Shown one piece after another: positions 1 to 8,407 of a DNA stretch of 17,028 nt. The translations under genes and the position numbers were made by a program. The DNA comes from Promethearchaeota archaeon (lineage in GTDB: Archaea > Asgardarchaeota > Lokiarchaeia > Sigyniarchaeales > SOKP01). Every line of letters begins with the position of its first letter. Position 1 is the first letter of the stretch. The notes beneath the pieces were generated by a model that was not told where the DNA came from, ran no database searches, and was given only the letters and a program-made list of their open reading frames with translations. The stretch lies in NCBI GenBank assembly GCA_016840165.1, contig JAEOSU010000101.1, positions 1 to 17,028 on the forward strand, written 5' to 3'.

Positions 1-41
1 AATATATAGAAAATGAAAAACAAAAAAGAGGTATTAAATAA
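1..41 (+). CDS. 3' end of upstream gene, probably exosome RNA-binding subunit Rrp4 (partial)
   Basis: The frame starting at base 3 is open (YIENEKQKRGIK*) with TAA at 39-41 abutting the rrp41 ATG at 42. Identity is inferred only from the conserved rrp4-rrp41-rrp42 order. Confidence 0.5.
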   Translation, partial: YIENEKQKRGIK

Positions 42-803
42 ATGCCATTAATAATAAATGATATTTATCCAGAAAAATTATTCCGAAAAGATGGAAAACG
101 ACTTGATGGTCGAGAAAAGAATGAACTGCGCCCGATTAAGATGGAGGTAGGAGTTATCAGTAATGCCGATGGATCAGCTTACTTAGAGTGGGGCAACAAT
201 AAGATTTATGCTGCCGTTTATGGACCAAGAGAAGTTCACCCGCATCATTTAGCGAAACCTGACAGAGGGATTTTACGAGTATTTTATCGTATGGCAACTT
301 TTTCAGTATTTGAAAGAAAACGTCCAGCTCCTGGTAGGAGGGAAAAAGAGATATCAATGATAATTACTGATTGTATTGAACCAGTTCTCTTTTTGGAACT
401 TTATCCTGGTACAGCATTTGAAGTCTTTATTGAGGTTATGGATGCAGATGGTGGCACAAGATGTGCAAGTACGACAGTTGCTGCTTTAGCTTTAGCAGAC
501 GCAGGAGTACCCATGAAAAGTCTGGTGACTTCGGTAGCAGTCGGAAAAATTGATGGTCAATTGGTAACTGATCTCTCAGGTATTGAAGATAAAGCGGGTG
601 AAGCTGATTTACCTTGTGCTATAACTTGGTTTAATGAAGAACTATCTCTGCTTCAATTCGATGGAGATATGAGTATAGATGAGTTAAATGAATCTCTACT
701 CAACGCTCGGAATGCTTTAAATGATATTCATCAATTACAACTGCAAGCTCTTAAAAATAAATACACATCAATATTAGAAGAAGTACAAGGAGGAGAAAAT
801 TAA
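42..803 (+). CDS. rrp41: Exosome complex exonuclease Rrp41 (RNase PH family)
   Basis: RLDGR..ELRPI, ADGSAYLEWG, AAVYGPRE, RKRPAPGRREKEIS, ADGGTR and EDKAGEADLP motifs; GAGGT SD at 28-32; followed by rrp42. Confidence 0.97.
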   Translation: MPLIINDIYPEKLFRKDGKRLDGREKNELRPIKMEVGVISNADGSAYLEWGNNKIYAAVYGPREVHPHHLAKPDRGILRVFYRMATFSVFERKRPAPGRREKEISMIITDCIEPVLFLELYPGTAFEVFIEVMDADGGTRCASTTVAALALADAGVPMKSLVTSVAVGKIDGQLVTDLSGIEDKAGEADLPCAITWFNEELSLLQFDGDMSIDELNESLLNARNALNDIHQLQLQALKNKYTSILEEVQGGEN

Positions 804-805
804 AA

Positions 806-1627
806 ATGATGAATATCAAAAGAGTTATCTCTACAATCGAAAAAAATTATATTGCGGAAAATTTAAAGAAAGGACAAAGAATCGATGGGAGAGGTTTATG
901 GGAATATCGAAAAATAGATGTTTCGCACGATATCATCAACTCTGCCGAGGGATCAGCAGAAGTAAAATTAGGTGAAACTGACATTATAACAGGAATTAAA
1001 TATGAAGTTGGAGAACCTTTTCCTGATCTTCCTGATGAGGGAGTTTGTACTATAATGGCTGAATTGTTACCACTAGCATCTCCGTTGTTTGAAAGAGGAC
1101 CTCCTGATGAACAATCAATTGAATTAGCAAGAGTCGTGGATCGCGGAATTCGTCATGCAGATTGTGTACAAACGAAGAAATTGTGCATAAAAGAAAATGA
1201 AGCTGTATACATACTTTTTGTTGATATGTTTGTAATGAATTACGCGGGAAATCTTATTGATGCCGGAGGTATAAGTGCTTTAACTGCTTTGATTTCAAGC
1301 CGTATTCCAGAAGGAGAGATGAAAGATGGAAAGCTGGAATGGACAGGTAAGTATCTTAATGGAAAGGATCTTGTAAAAGAGCTTCCTCTGATAATGACAT
1401 TTGGTAAAATTGGTGATGTCATCTTTTTAGATCCTAATTTGCCTGAAGAGCTAGTATGTGAAGGAAGGATATCCATATCGGTAACAAAAGATAAAATAGT
1501 ATCAATTCAGAAAAGTGGTGTTGCTACCTTCTCTATTGAGGAAATACAAGAATTAATAAAAAGATCTATGGAACTTGGCAAAGAAATTAGAGAGAATTTA
1601 GATCTCTGGCAGTATAAAGTAGATTAA
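806..1627 (+). CDS. rrp42: Exosome complex component Rrp42
   Basis: GQRIDGR, AEGSAEVKLG, EPFPDLPDEG, PLASPLFERGPPDE, ELARVVDRGIR and IQKSG motifs; GGAGG SD upstream; start may be 806 or 809. Confidence 0.97.
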   Translation: MMNIKRVISTIEKNYIAENLKKGQRIDGRGLWEYRKIDVSHDIINSAEGSAEVKLGETDIITGIKYEVGEPFPDLPDEGVCTIMAELLPLASPLFERGPPDEQSIELARVVDRGIRHADCVQTKKLCIKENEAVYILFVDMFVMNYAGNLIDAGGISALTALISSRIPEGEMKDGKLEWTGKYLNGKDLVKELPLIMTFGKIGDVIFLDPNLPEELVCEGRISISVTKDKIVSIQKSGVATFSIEEIQELIKRSMELGKEIRENLDLWQYKVD

Positions 1628-1653
1628 TAATTTTTTTAATCAATATTATTTTA
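1628..1653. terminator. Probable oligo-T terminator region between convergent rrp42 and the inserted cassette
   Basis: T7 run at 1631-1637 just after the rrp42 stop; oligo-T tracts are typical archaeal intrinsic terminators. Confidence 0.4.
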
Positions 1654-2619
1654 TTATCTTATTTTTCTTAATGTTTCAAATGTTCCATATCCACCCTTAA
1701 ATCCATTTAGTTCAAATTCACCAAAGGATTGAATGAGTACCGATTTATTACCTCGGAAATCTTTAAATGGAACAGGAACAATCGAATCAACCTTTCCTTT
1801 AAGTAGATGTTTATTCTCCTCAATATCAACAATCTCCAATTCTGAACTAATGGGTAAAATACCGTTAGGTTCAAAAATCTGATTTATAATTTTAATGGTT
1901 TTCAATGGAATATTTTTTCCTTGCTTATAGAGAAATCCTCCAGTTGATAATCGACCATCATCTGTAATTATTGCAGCAGGATTTATAGCTAAATCTTTAT
2001 TAAACCATACAACATAATAAAACCAATCTCCTACACCTGTCCAATCTCGTACTCCATAGGTATGATCACGTTGACTCATAACATTATCGATTTTATATAA
2101 GCTCTCTCCAATCTTAAGATCACCCGAACATGTCCCTATCTGCTCCCAGTGTTTATCGCCAGATTTTTTACCAATCTCTAGTGATTCAGGGGTCATAAAT
2201 TTACTATACTCATAAGTATTGTTTAATGGAGTGTATAAAAAATCCATCTCAACTTTTTCTATATTACGAATCAACTTTGGATTTTCCCTGATATTTGGTA
2301 AATCTAACGAGTTTTGGACGAAAAACATATTACCTTTAAATTTATAGAACCAATTTCCATTAGACTGCCAATCATGAATCATTCCTTTGACATTTAATTT
2401 ATCGTTAAACTCTTTCATTTGAATTTCTTGGTGATATCCACCTACAGAACCATCTGGCAAGAAAAGGAAGAAAAAAGTCATGGCTTCTTGCTTATTGGGT
2501 TTAAAACCAATTCTCGACATACCACCAATTTTATCAGTTTTATCATAAAACACAAAATAATAACTTTCATTCCATTCAGGATGCTCTGTCAGTTTTTCTT
2601 TATGAATTATCTTTTCCAT
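1654..2619 (-). CDS. Uncharacterised beta-rich protein, likely AttH/CrtC/tocopherol-cyclase-like double beta-barrel (DUF7064/DUF7065-like)
   Basis: WNESYYF (2574-2554), HWEQIG and RDHTYGVRDW (2070-2041) motifs. Start placed at ATG 2619 behind a GAGG SD (2629-2626) rather than TTG 2631. The family call is by recalled motif resemblance. Confidence 0.7.
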   Translation of the reverse strand: MEKIIHKEKLTEHPEWNESYYFVFYDKTDKIGGMSRIGFKPNKQEAMTFFFLFLPDGSVGGYHQEIQMKEFNDKLNVKGMIHDWQSNGNWFYKFKGNMFFVQNSLDLPNIRENPKLIRNIEKVEMDFLYTPLNNTYEYSKFMTPESLEIGKKSGDKHWEQIGTCSGDLKIGESLYKIDNVMSQRDHTYGVRDWTGVGDWFYYVVWFNKDLAINPAAIITDDGRLSTGGFLYKQGKNIPLKTIKIINQIFEPNGILPISSELEIVDIEENKHLLKGKVDSIVPVPFKDFRGNKSVLIQSFGEFELNGFKGGYGTFETLRKIR

Positions 2620-2632
2620 ATGAATCCTCAAT

Positions 2633-5359
2633 TTATTCTTTTATAATCTCACAAATTCCATTAAAACCATTAATAGTAAGAATTTGACCGGTTTTTAATA
2701 CTCTACAAGCATTAGGTATATTAGTCACTGCCGGAATTCCATATTCACGAGACACTACTGCTCCATGCGACAAAATTCCCCCCGTTTCAGTAATTAATCC
2801 TCCAACTTTCGAAAATACAGGTGTCCATCCAGGATCAGTTCGAGGAACCACCAAAATTTCCCCTGATTGAACAGAAGGAATCATACTTATATCATTTAAT
2901 ACCCTGACAGGAGCGGTTATTATTCCATGACTAGCGGGAATTCCTCGAAACTGCTCACTATTCTCATCAAATTCTATGACATCATTAAATTCTTTTGAAC
3001 CTAAAAGAAATTTTGGAGGAAGAATGTTTTCATATTTTAAAAACTCGTTCCTTCTTTCCTTTACTAACTCTAATAACTTATTGAGTTCACTAGTATTATA
3101 TTCATTGAATAAGACTCTTTTAATCTCACGTTTATAGAAGAAAAATATCTCATTTTCCTCTTCAAGCACTTCTCGCTTTACTAAGATGCCACCAATTTTT
3201 AAAAATAATTCTCTATTTCTGGTTATCCATTTATCTAAATTAAATCGTTGGTTTTCGCGAAAAATAATATATTTTCTACTATTTCTTAATATTGCAGAGA
3301 AAAGTTTCCAGATGAGGGGGCCAAAAATTTTTGATCTTATTTTTCTCTCCACAATTCTTTCTATCTTCTCACGTTCAAATTTATTATTTTTTTCCACTTC
3401 ATTTTTGTCTTCATAATCTTCAACGCATAAGGATCTCAAAATATCTATAATGAGATATGGTGCCTCCTTCCATCTTGGATAATATATTTCTCTTGAAAAA
3501 CCACGATCTCCAAAATCAATTAGAAATTCAGTTAATTTTTTATTAAATTGAATTGAGTCAGGATTTTCATCCAATTGTATCCGCTTAAGAATGTTTTCTG
3601 AATCAAATTGATTAAATATTGGTTTTAAATAATAAGACTTTCGAATAAATGATGCTAATTGATGAATTTTTTCATTAGTTTCTGTTAATTTATGATCTAA
3701 TCCTGAGATTAGAACTGGATAAAAATTTTGTGCCTCTTTTTCACTTAATAATTTATTGAGAAGATATTGAGTCATTAAATTCATACCTATATTATGAACG
3801 GGTATTCCATATCTAATAAGACGAAAATGAGAAATCATTACCTTATCCATTTCCTCCGCCAAGCTAAATAATGACACTAAATCATCTGAAATTTCGCTAT
3901 CTTTGACTTTCAAATCAAATTCTTTCAAATACGGTCCAAAAACGTCATATGTCCATTGTTCATACTTTTCTGCTGTTTTTGACATTGCACCATCAGGATC
4001 ATGAAATTTAACGCGCAATTCTGATATCAATCTTTTAAAGAGTCGAAATGGAAGCTTCTTTATGGTCTTTTTTCCATAAGGACCTTGTCCCTCTGGAAAA
4101 TAATTTAGAACATCCTCATTTCTTATAAATGTAGGAATTTCATACTCAACCTTTCTTTTTAAAACATCTAAATTAAAATATACATGCCCTTTGTATAATT
4201 TTATTAACCTCTGGTCTACTCGTTTATAACCCATGATGCTATTGAGCTCTATGTTTACGACTTTAGTTATCTGAGATCCTAATAAGTCAAAAAACAATGG
4301 AGTCGTATTATCGTTCCAATAATCATCAGAATATCCTCTTGAATAAATTGGGGCATCGCTAATGTCAGTAGATGATTTCGAGATTATTGGACGAGTTTGT
4401 AAAATGTAAATCTTATTATTATTATCAATTGCCCATTCAATATCTTGCGGATTTCCTTCAAAAATATTTTCTATTTGAAGTCCAATTCTACTTAGCTCAA
4501 GAATTTGCGAATCACTAAGCGATGGTTTCTCATTCAAGTGATCTGGTAAGTCGAAAATTTCTACACCAGAGCGTAGATTAGAGGAGTGAGGTTGAATAGA
4601 GATCTTTTTATTACCTATTCTTTTATCTATTATCCTAAATGATGATTTGGTTTTGCTCTCCCTTTTAACAATAAATTGATCGGGAGAGATTGTTCCAGAA
4701 GCAATTGATTCACCTAATCCAAAATTTGATTCAATAATGAGTTGAGATTCATTAGGATTTATTGGGTTACTAGTAAAAAGAATACCAGCACATTTTGCTG
4801 GAATTAATTTTTGTATAATTACAGCAATTTTAATATTTAAATGAGAAATATGATTCCTAATTCTGTATGAGATTGCTCTCATAGTCCATAACGATGAATA
4901 GCAACGTTTAATATGATATAATACATTATCATTACCTTTAATATTTAAATAACTGTCATATTGTCCCGCAAATGAGGCTGTTGGTAAATCTTCTGCAGAT
5001 GCTGATGATCTTATGGCTAAGGGAAAACTATCTATTAACGCTGATTGTGATTTAATCTCCGATCTAACTTTATCAGGTAATTGAGCTTCCAAGATGGCAT
5101 TTCTGATTTTAGTTGAGCATGTCCTGATTGATTCAATATTCTCGCTTTCCATTTCTTTTAACGTTTTTTGGATTAACTCTTCAAGATGATTCTCTTTTAT
5201 GAATAAGTCGTAAGCATCGGTGCTAATTACAATGCCCCTTGGCACATTTATGTTATTTTGTACTAAGATTCCAAGATTTTTTGCTTTCATTCCGATTAAA
5301 TTCAAATCACCATCATAAATCTCATCTAAATGAATTAATAGTGGTTCTTCTAAGGTCAT
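2633..5359 (-). CDS. PEP-utiliser family small-molecule phosphotransferase, RPH/YvkC/PigC domain order (ATP-grasp, substrate domain, C-terminal swivelling phospho-His domain)
   Basis: N-terminal GMKAKNL, AIRSSASAED..ASFAGQYDSYLN and PQDIEWAI..IYILQTRPI. C-terminal TDPGWTPVF and GGILSHGAVVSREYGIPAV (His865, codon 2767-2765). No C-terminal PEP/pyruvate TIM barrel. Confidence 0.9.
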   Translation of the reverse strand: MTLEEPLLIHLDEIYDGDLNLIGMKAKNLGILVQNNINVPRGIVISTDAYDLFIKENHLEELIQKTLKEMESENIESIRTCSTKIRNAILEAQLPDKVRSEIKSQSALIDSFPLAIRSSASAEDLPTASFAGQYDSYLNIKGNDNVLYHIKRCYSSLWTMRAISYRIRNHISHLNIKIAVIIQKLIPAKCAGILFTSNPINPNESQLIIESNFGLGESIASGTISPDQFIVKRESKTKSSFRIIDKRIGNKKISIQPHSSNLRSGVEIFDLPDHLNEKPSLSDSQILELSRIGLQIENIFEGNPQDIEWAIDNNNKIYILQTRPIISKSSTDISDAPIYSRGYSDDYWNDNTTPLFFDLLGSQITKVVNIELNSIMGYKRVDQRLIKLYKGHVYFNLDVLKRKVEYEIPTFIRNEDVLNYFPEGQGPYGKKTIKKLPFRLFKRLISELRVKFHDPDGAMSKTAEKYEQWTYDVFGPYLKEFDLKVKDSEISDDLVSLFSLAEEMDKVMISHFRLIRYGIPVHNIGMNLMTQYLLNKLLSEKEAQNFYPVLISGLDHKLTETNEKIHQLASFIRKSYYLKPIFNQFDSENILKRIQLDENPDSIQFNKKLTEFLIDFGDRGFSREIYYPRWKEAPYLIIDILRSLCVEDYEDKNEVEKNNKFEREKIERIVERKIRSKIFGPLIWKLFSAILRNSRKYIIFRENQRFNLDKWITRNRELFLKIGGILVKREVLEEENEIFFFYKREIKRVLFNEYNTSELNKLLELVKERRNEFLKYENILPPKFLLGSKEFNDVIEFDENSEQFRGIPASHGIITAPVRVLNDISMIPSVQSGEILVVPRTDPGWTPVFSKVGGLITETGGILSHGAVVSREYGIPAVTNIPNACRVLKTGQILTINGFNGICEIIKE

Positions 5360-5450
5360 ATTTGAATCATAAGTGAATTTTTAATTAAATTCTTCAAATT
5401 ATCTTTATTTAAAATTCTTTTCAAAACTGTTTTTATTCACACCTTAAATT

Positions 5451-5472
5451 GGAAAAATTTAAAGTTTATAGA
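5451..5472 (+). promoter_or_regulatory. Putative BRE/TATA promoter for rpl37ae and downstream genes
   Basis: GGAAAAA-TTTAAAG-TTTATAGA about 50-70 nt upstream of ATG 5520 in the divergent intergenic region; partial SD GTGAT at 5511-5515. Confidence 0.5.
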
Positions 5473-5519
5473 TGCTTCTATACACTAATCAATAAGATCA
5501 ACATCTCTTTGTGATATAA

Positions 5520-5804
5520 ATGACGAAAAAAGTTGGTTTATCAGGACAATTCGGACCTCGCTATGGAGCCAACGTTAGGAAACGATGGGCTTTAATTATG
5601 AATAAACAAAAAAGCGGTAAATTAAAATGTCCGCGCTGTGAAACTAAGGGATCTATTACAAGAGAATCTACGGGGATTTGGTTCTGTAAAAAATGTAAAG
5701 CCCGCTTTACTGGTGGCGCTTATGATATCTCAACACCGAGAGGACTCGAATCATTTCGAATAGCAAAACGAAAACAGAGAGAGTTGGAAGCTATAGAAGA
5801 ATGA
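5520..5804 (+). CDS. rpl37ae: 50S ribosomal protein L37Ae (eL43)
   Basis: TKKVG..G.FGPRYG, CPRC...CKKC zinc ribbon, TGIWFC, FTGGAY. Confidence 0.97.
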   Translation: MTKKVGLSGQFGPRYGANVRKRWALIMNKQKSGKLKCPRCETKGSITRESTGIWFCKKCKARFTGGAYDISTPRGLESFRIAKRKQRELEAIEE

Positions 5805-5812
5805 ACTAATAA

Positions 5813-6073
5813 ATGGGCCATTTCTCAATTAAATCTAGTATAGCACTAATTTTTAAAAACTCTGAATTATGTTCATATTGTTATAATTCATTTTATCCAG
5901 AATTAAATTCGATTGAATCTAATAGATCAAGTCTATCAATGGAAAAAAAAGATAATTCATTGATATTTACAATTGAAAGTAATGATATCACAGCGTTTCG
6001 AGCAAGTGTAAACGAAATCGTTAGTTTTGGAAAAGTAATTGATCAGACAATCCATATTTCAGAAAATTTTTAA
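5813..6073 (+). CDS. pcc1: KEOPS complex subunit Pcc1
   Basis: 86 aa; PEL, RS and IESNDITAFRASVN pattern; conserved position between rpl37ae and prefoldin beta. Confidence 0.88.
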   Translation: MGHFSIKSSIALIFKNSELCSYCYNSFYPELNSIESNRSSLSMEKKDNSLIFTIESNDITAFRASVNEIVSFGKVIDQTIHISENF

Positions 6074-6156
6074 TTAAAAACAGAAAATTTCAAATTATTA
6101 TTTAAATTTATTATTGTCAAAAAGGTGAGCTAAAAATAACTGTAAATTTAGACCAA

Positions 6157-6492
6157 TTGGACGAAGAGACAAAGAAAAAACTTCAAAACTTAACGGCACT
6201 TAGTCAAAGTTTGGAATTTTATACGCAACAAAAATTACAAATTGATAGTCAAATTCGTGAAACAGAATTAGCAATTGAAGAGTTAGAAAAAACTTCCAGT
6301 GACACCACCGTATATAAAAATATCGGTGGAATTATGGTAAAAAGTAATAGAGATAAGTTATTAGATGAGAAGAAATCTCTAAAAATTACATTAGAAATGC
6401 GTTCAAAGACTATTGCTCAAAAAACTGAACGTACTAAAAATAGCTTTGAAACATTACAACAATCACTCCAAAATGAATTATCAAATAAATAA
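6157..6492 (+). CDS. pfdB: Prefoldin subunit beta (true start possibly ATA at 6136)
   Basis: Coiled coils flanking ETELAIEELEK..TVYKNIGGIMVK; synteny with pcc1; SD AGGTGAG at 6123-6129. Confidence 0.93.
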   Translation: MDEETKKKLQNLTALSQSLEFYTQQKLQIDSQIRETELAIEELEKTSSDTTVYKNIGGIMVKSNRDKLLDEKKSLKITLEMRSKTIAQKTERTKNSFETLQQSLQNELSNK

Positions 6493-6504
6493 TGCGTTTA
6501 TTTC

Positions 6505-7512
6505 ATGAATTTTCAGAAATTCGATATTTTGTTATCAGAATTATCGAACAAAAAAGTATTAATAACTACACACGATCAAGTAGATCTTGATGGATTTACT
6601 TCTTGTGTTTTATTAAAGTTTTTTCTTGAGACTTATTTTGAGAATATTCAAGTTCATCTATTTTTTTCTCGATTATCAAAATTCACCATTGATTTTTTAA
6701 CTAGATTGGAAAAAATTTATCCAAACATAAGTTATTCTATCGAGAACGGTAAGAATTACTTAAATATTGAATTTATAATAATTCTTGATACTAATAATTT
6801 AGATCAAGTGGTTTTTCCTGAAAGCGTTAAGGAAAGTAAAAAAAAAATTCCTTTTATATTTATAGATCATCATTTTAATTTAAATCATGATATCGTTAAT
6901 AATATCAAAGCATATAATATAATTCTTGATTCAAATACTTCCACTGCTGAAATTCTATACGAGATCTTTATGCATTACAAAATTGAAATTCCAATTAAAT
7001 TTAGATACTTACTTTTAGCTGCAATCTATACTGATACGGGAGGATTTAAAAATGCAAATAATAATACTTTCCATCATATATCAGATATATTGAATAGCAA
7101 TCTAAAATTTCAAGATTTTTTAATGTGTGTTGAAAAAGAGAACGATTTTCCAAAAAAAGTAGCGATAATAAAAGGTTTACAAAGAGTAAAAATAAAAAGA
7201 ATAAATACTTGGTTAATAGGGATTTCTCAGGTTGGTAGTTATACCTCCTCTGTTGCTTCTACTTTGCTTCAGATCGGATTTGATGTGAGTATAGTTTATT
7301 CGAAAAAACCAAATAGTTTTAGAATAACTACGAGAGCAAAAAAGGAAATTTGTTTAAAAACTGGATTGCATCTAGGGAAAATTTTAAGCGAAATAAAAGA
7401 GGGAAGCGGAGGTGGTCATGATGGAGCTGCTTCCTTGAATGGAGAGAATTCTTTTGAATCTACTTTGAATCAAATTTTAGAAAAAATAAAAAAAACTTTA
7501 AACAACATATAA
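6505..7512 (+). CDS. DHH/DHHA1 family phosphoesterase (NrnA-like oligoribonuclease/pAp phosphatase)
   Basis: THDQVDLDG, ILDT, IDHH, STAE, TDTGGF and C-terminal GGGHDGAA motifs. Confidence 0.9.
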   Translation: MNFQKFDILLSELSNKKVLITTHDQVDLDGFTSCVLLKFFLETYFENIQVHLFFSRLSKFTIDFLTRLEKIYPNISYSIENGKNYLNIEFIIILDTNNLDQVVFPESVKESKKKIPFIFIDHHFNLNHDIVNNIKAYNIILDSNTSTAEILYEIFMHYKIEIPIKFRYLLLAAIYTDTGGFKNANNNTFHHISDILNSNLKFQDFLMCVEKENDFPKKVAIIKGLQRVKIKRINTWLIGISQVGSYTSSVASTLLQIGFDVSIVYSKKPNSFRITTRAKKEICLKTGLHLGKILSEIKEGSGGGHDGAASLNGENSFESTLNQILEKIKKTLNNI

Positions 7513-7549
7513 ATTTACTATCAAAAGGAACTCTAATAATTTTGAAATA

Positions 7550-8389
7550 ATGTCTCTCATTAGATTTAATAATTTTAGTTTTCGTTATAAAGGTAATGAA
7601 GAATATGCCCTTAATAGAATTAATTTAGAAATTAAAGAAAATTCATTCATCTTACTTGCGGGAGAGACTGGTTCTGGCAAAACATCTTTAATTAGGTGTT
7701 TGAATGGATTAATTCCTCAGTTCTATGCTGGTTATTATAAGGGTTCAGTTGAAATTGATGGTAAAAATACAATTACTACACCAATATCTGATCTCTCAAC
7801 AGTAGTCGGAATCGTTTTTCAAAATCCTGAGAATCAATTAGTTGCTATGAATGTTGAACATGAGATTGCTTTTGGAATGGAAAATTTAGGGATTCATCCA
7901 AATGAAATAGGAAAAAGAATTAAAGAAGTTGTTAAAATCACTGAGATTGAAGATTTATTAGAAAGAGCCCCGTTTGAAATCAGTGGAGGAGAGAAACAAA
8001 GAGTAGCTATGGCTTCAGTATTAGTGTTAGATCCCAAGATATTAATTTTAGATGAACCAACTGCTAACCTAGATCCGTTTTTTGCCAACAAGATTATTAA
8101 AATGTTAAAAAAAATACAAGAGAAAAAAAATATATCAATCATTATTAGCGAACATCGGATGGATCTTTTAGTTCCCCTGGTTGATGATATAATTTTGATG
8201 GAAAATGGAAAACTAATCGCTTATGATGATAAAGATATCATCATGAATAGCGAATTATTCCAAAAATTAAATATTAACAAACCTAAAATTTATTCACTTT
8301 TTAGTGGATTAGAAAAAAACCACCTACAATTTGATAAAATACCAATATCCTTAGAGGATGCTTTAAACCTTTTTAAACAATACAATTAA
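7550..8389 (+). CDS. ecfA1: ECF transporter ATPase EcfA
   Basis: Walker A GETGSGKT, FQNPENQL Q-helix, ISGGEKQR signature, LILDEPT Walker B, SEH switch. Confidence 0.9.
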   Translation: MSLIRFNNFSFRYKGNEEYALNRINLEIKENSFILLAGETGSGKTSLIRCLNGLIPQFYAGYYKGSVEIDGKNTITTPISDLSTVVGIVFQNPENQLVAMNVEHEIAFGMENLGIHPNEIGKRIKEVVKITEIEDLLERAPFEISGGEKQRVAMASVLVLDPKILILDEPTANLDPFFANKIIKMLKKIQEKKNISIIISEHRMDLLVPLVDDIILMENGKLIAYDDKDIIMNSELFQKLNINKPKIYSLFSGLEKNHLQFDKIPISLEDALNLFKQYN

Positions 8390-8407
8390 GAAGAGTTGTT
8401 TTAAAAA

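Noticed and set aside
157-1476. Antisense ORFs 157-357 and 1240-1476
   Set aside because: Shadow frames inside rrp41 and rrp42 with no recognisable motifs.
2419-3416. Plus-strand ORFs 2419-2646 and 3186-3416
   Set aside because: Antisense to the cassette genes; the Phe/Leu/Ser-rich composition mirrors Lys/Glu codons on the coding strand.
2633-5359. Annotation as true PEP synthase (ppsA) or rifampin-resistance rph
   Set aside because: The domain order excludes PpsA/PPDK, and rifampin specificity cannot be supported from the divergent central domain.
1628-5519. Inserted cassette as an active mobile element
   Set aside because: No recombinase or transposase, terminal inverted repeats or target-site duplication were visible.
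6060-6090. 10-bp direct repeat CAGAAAATTT at 6060-6069 and 6081-6090
   Set aside because: Short, AT-rich and only two copies; not distinguishable from chance.
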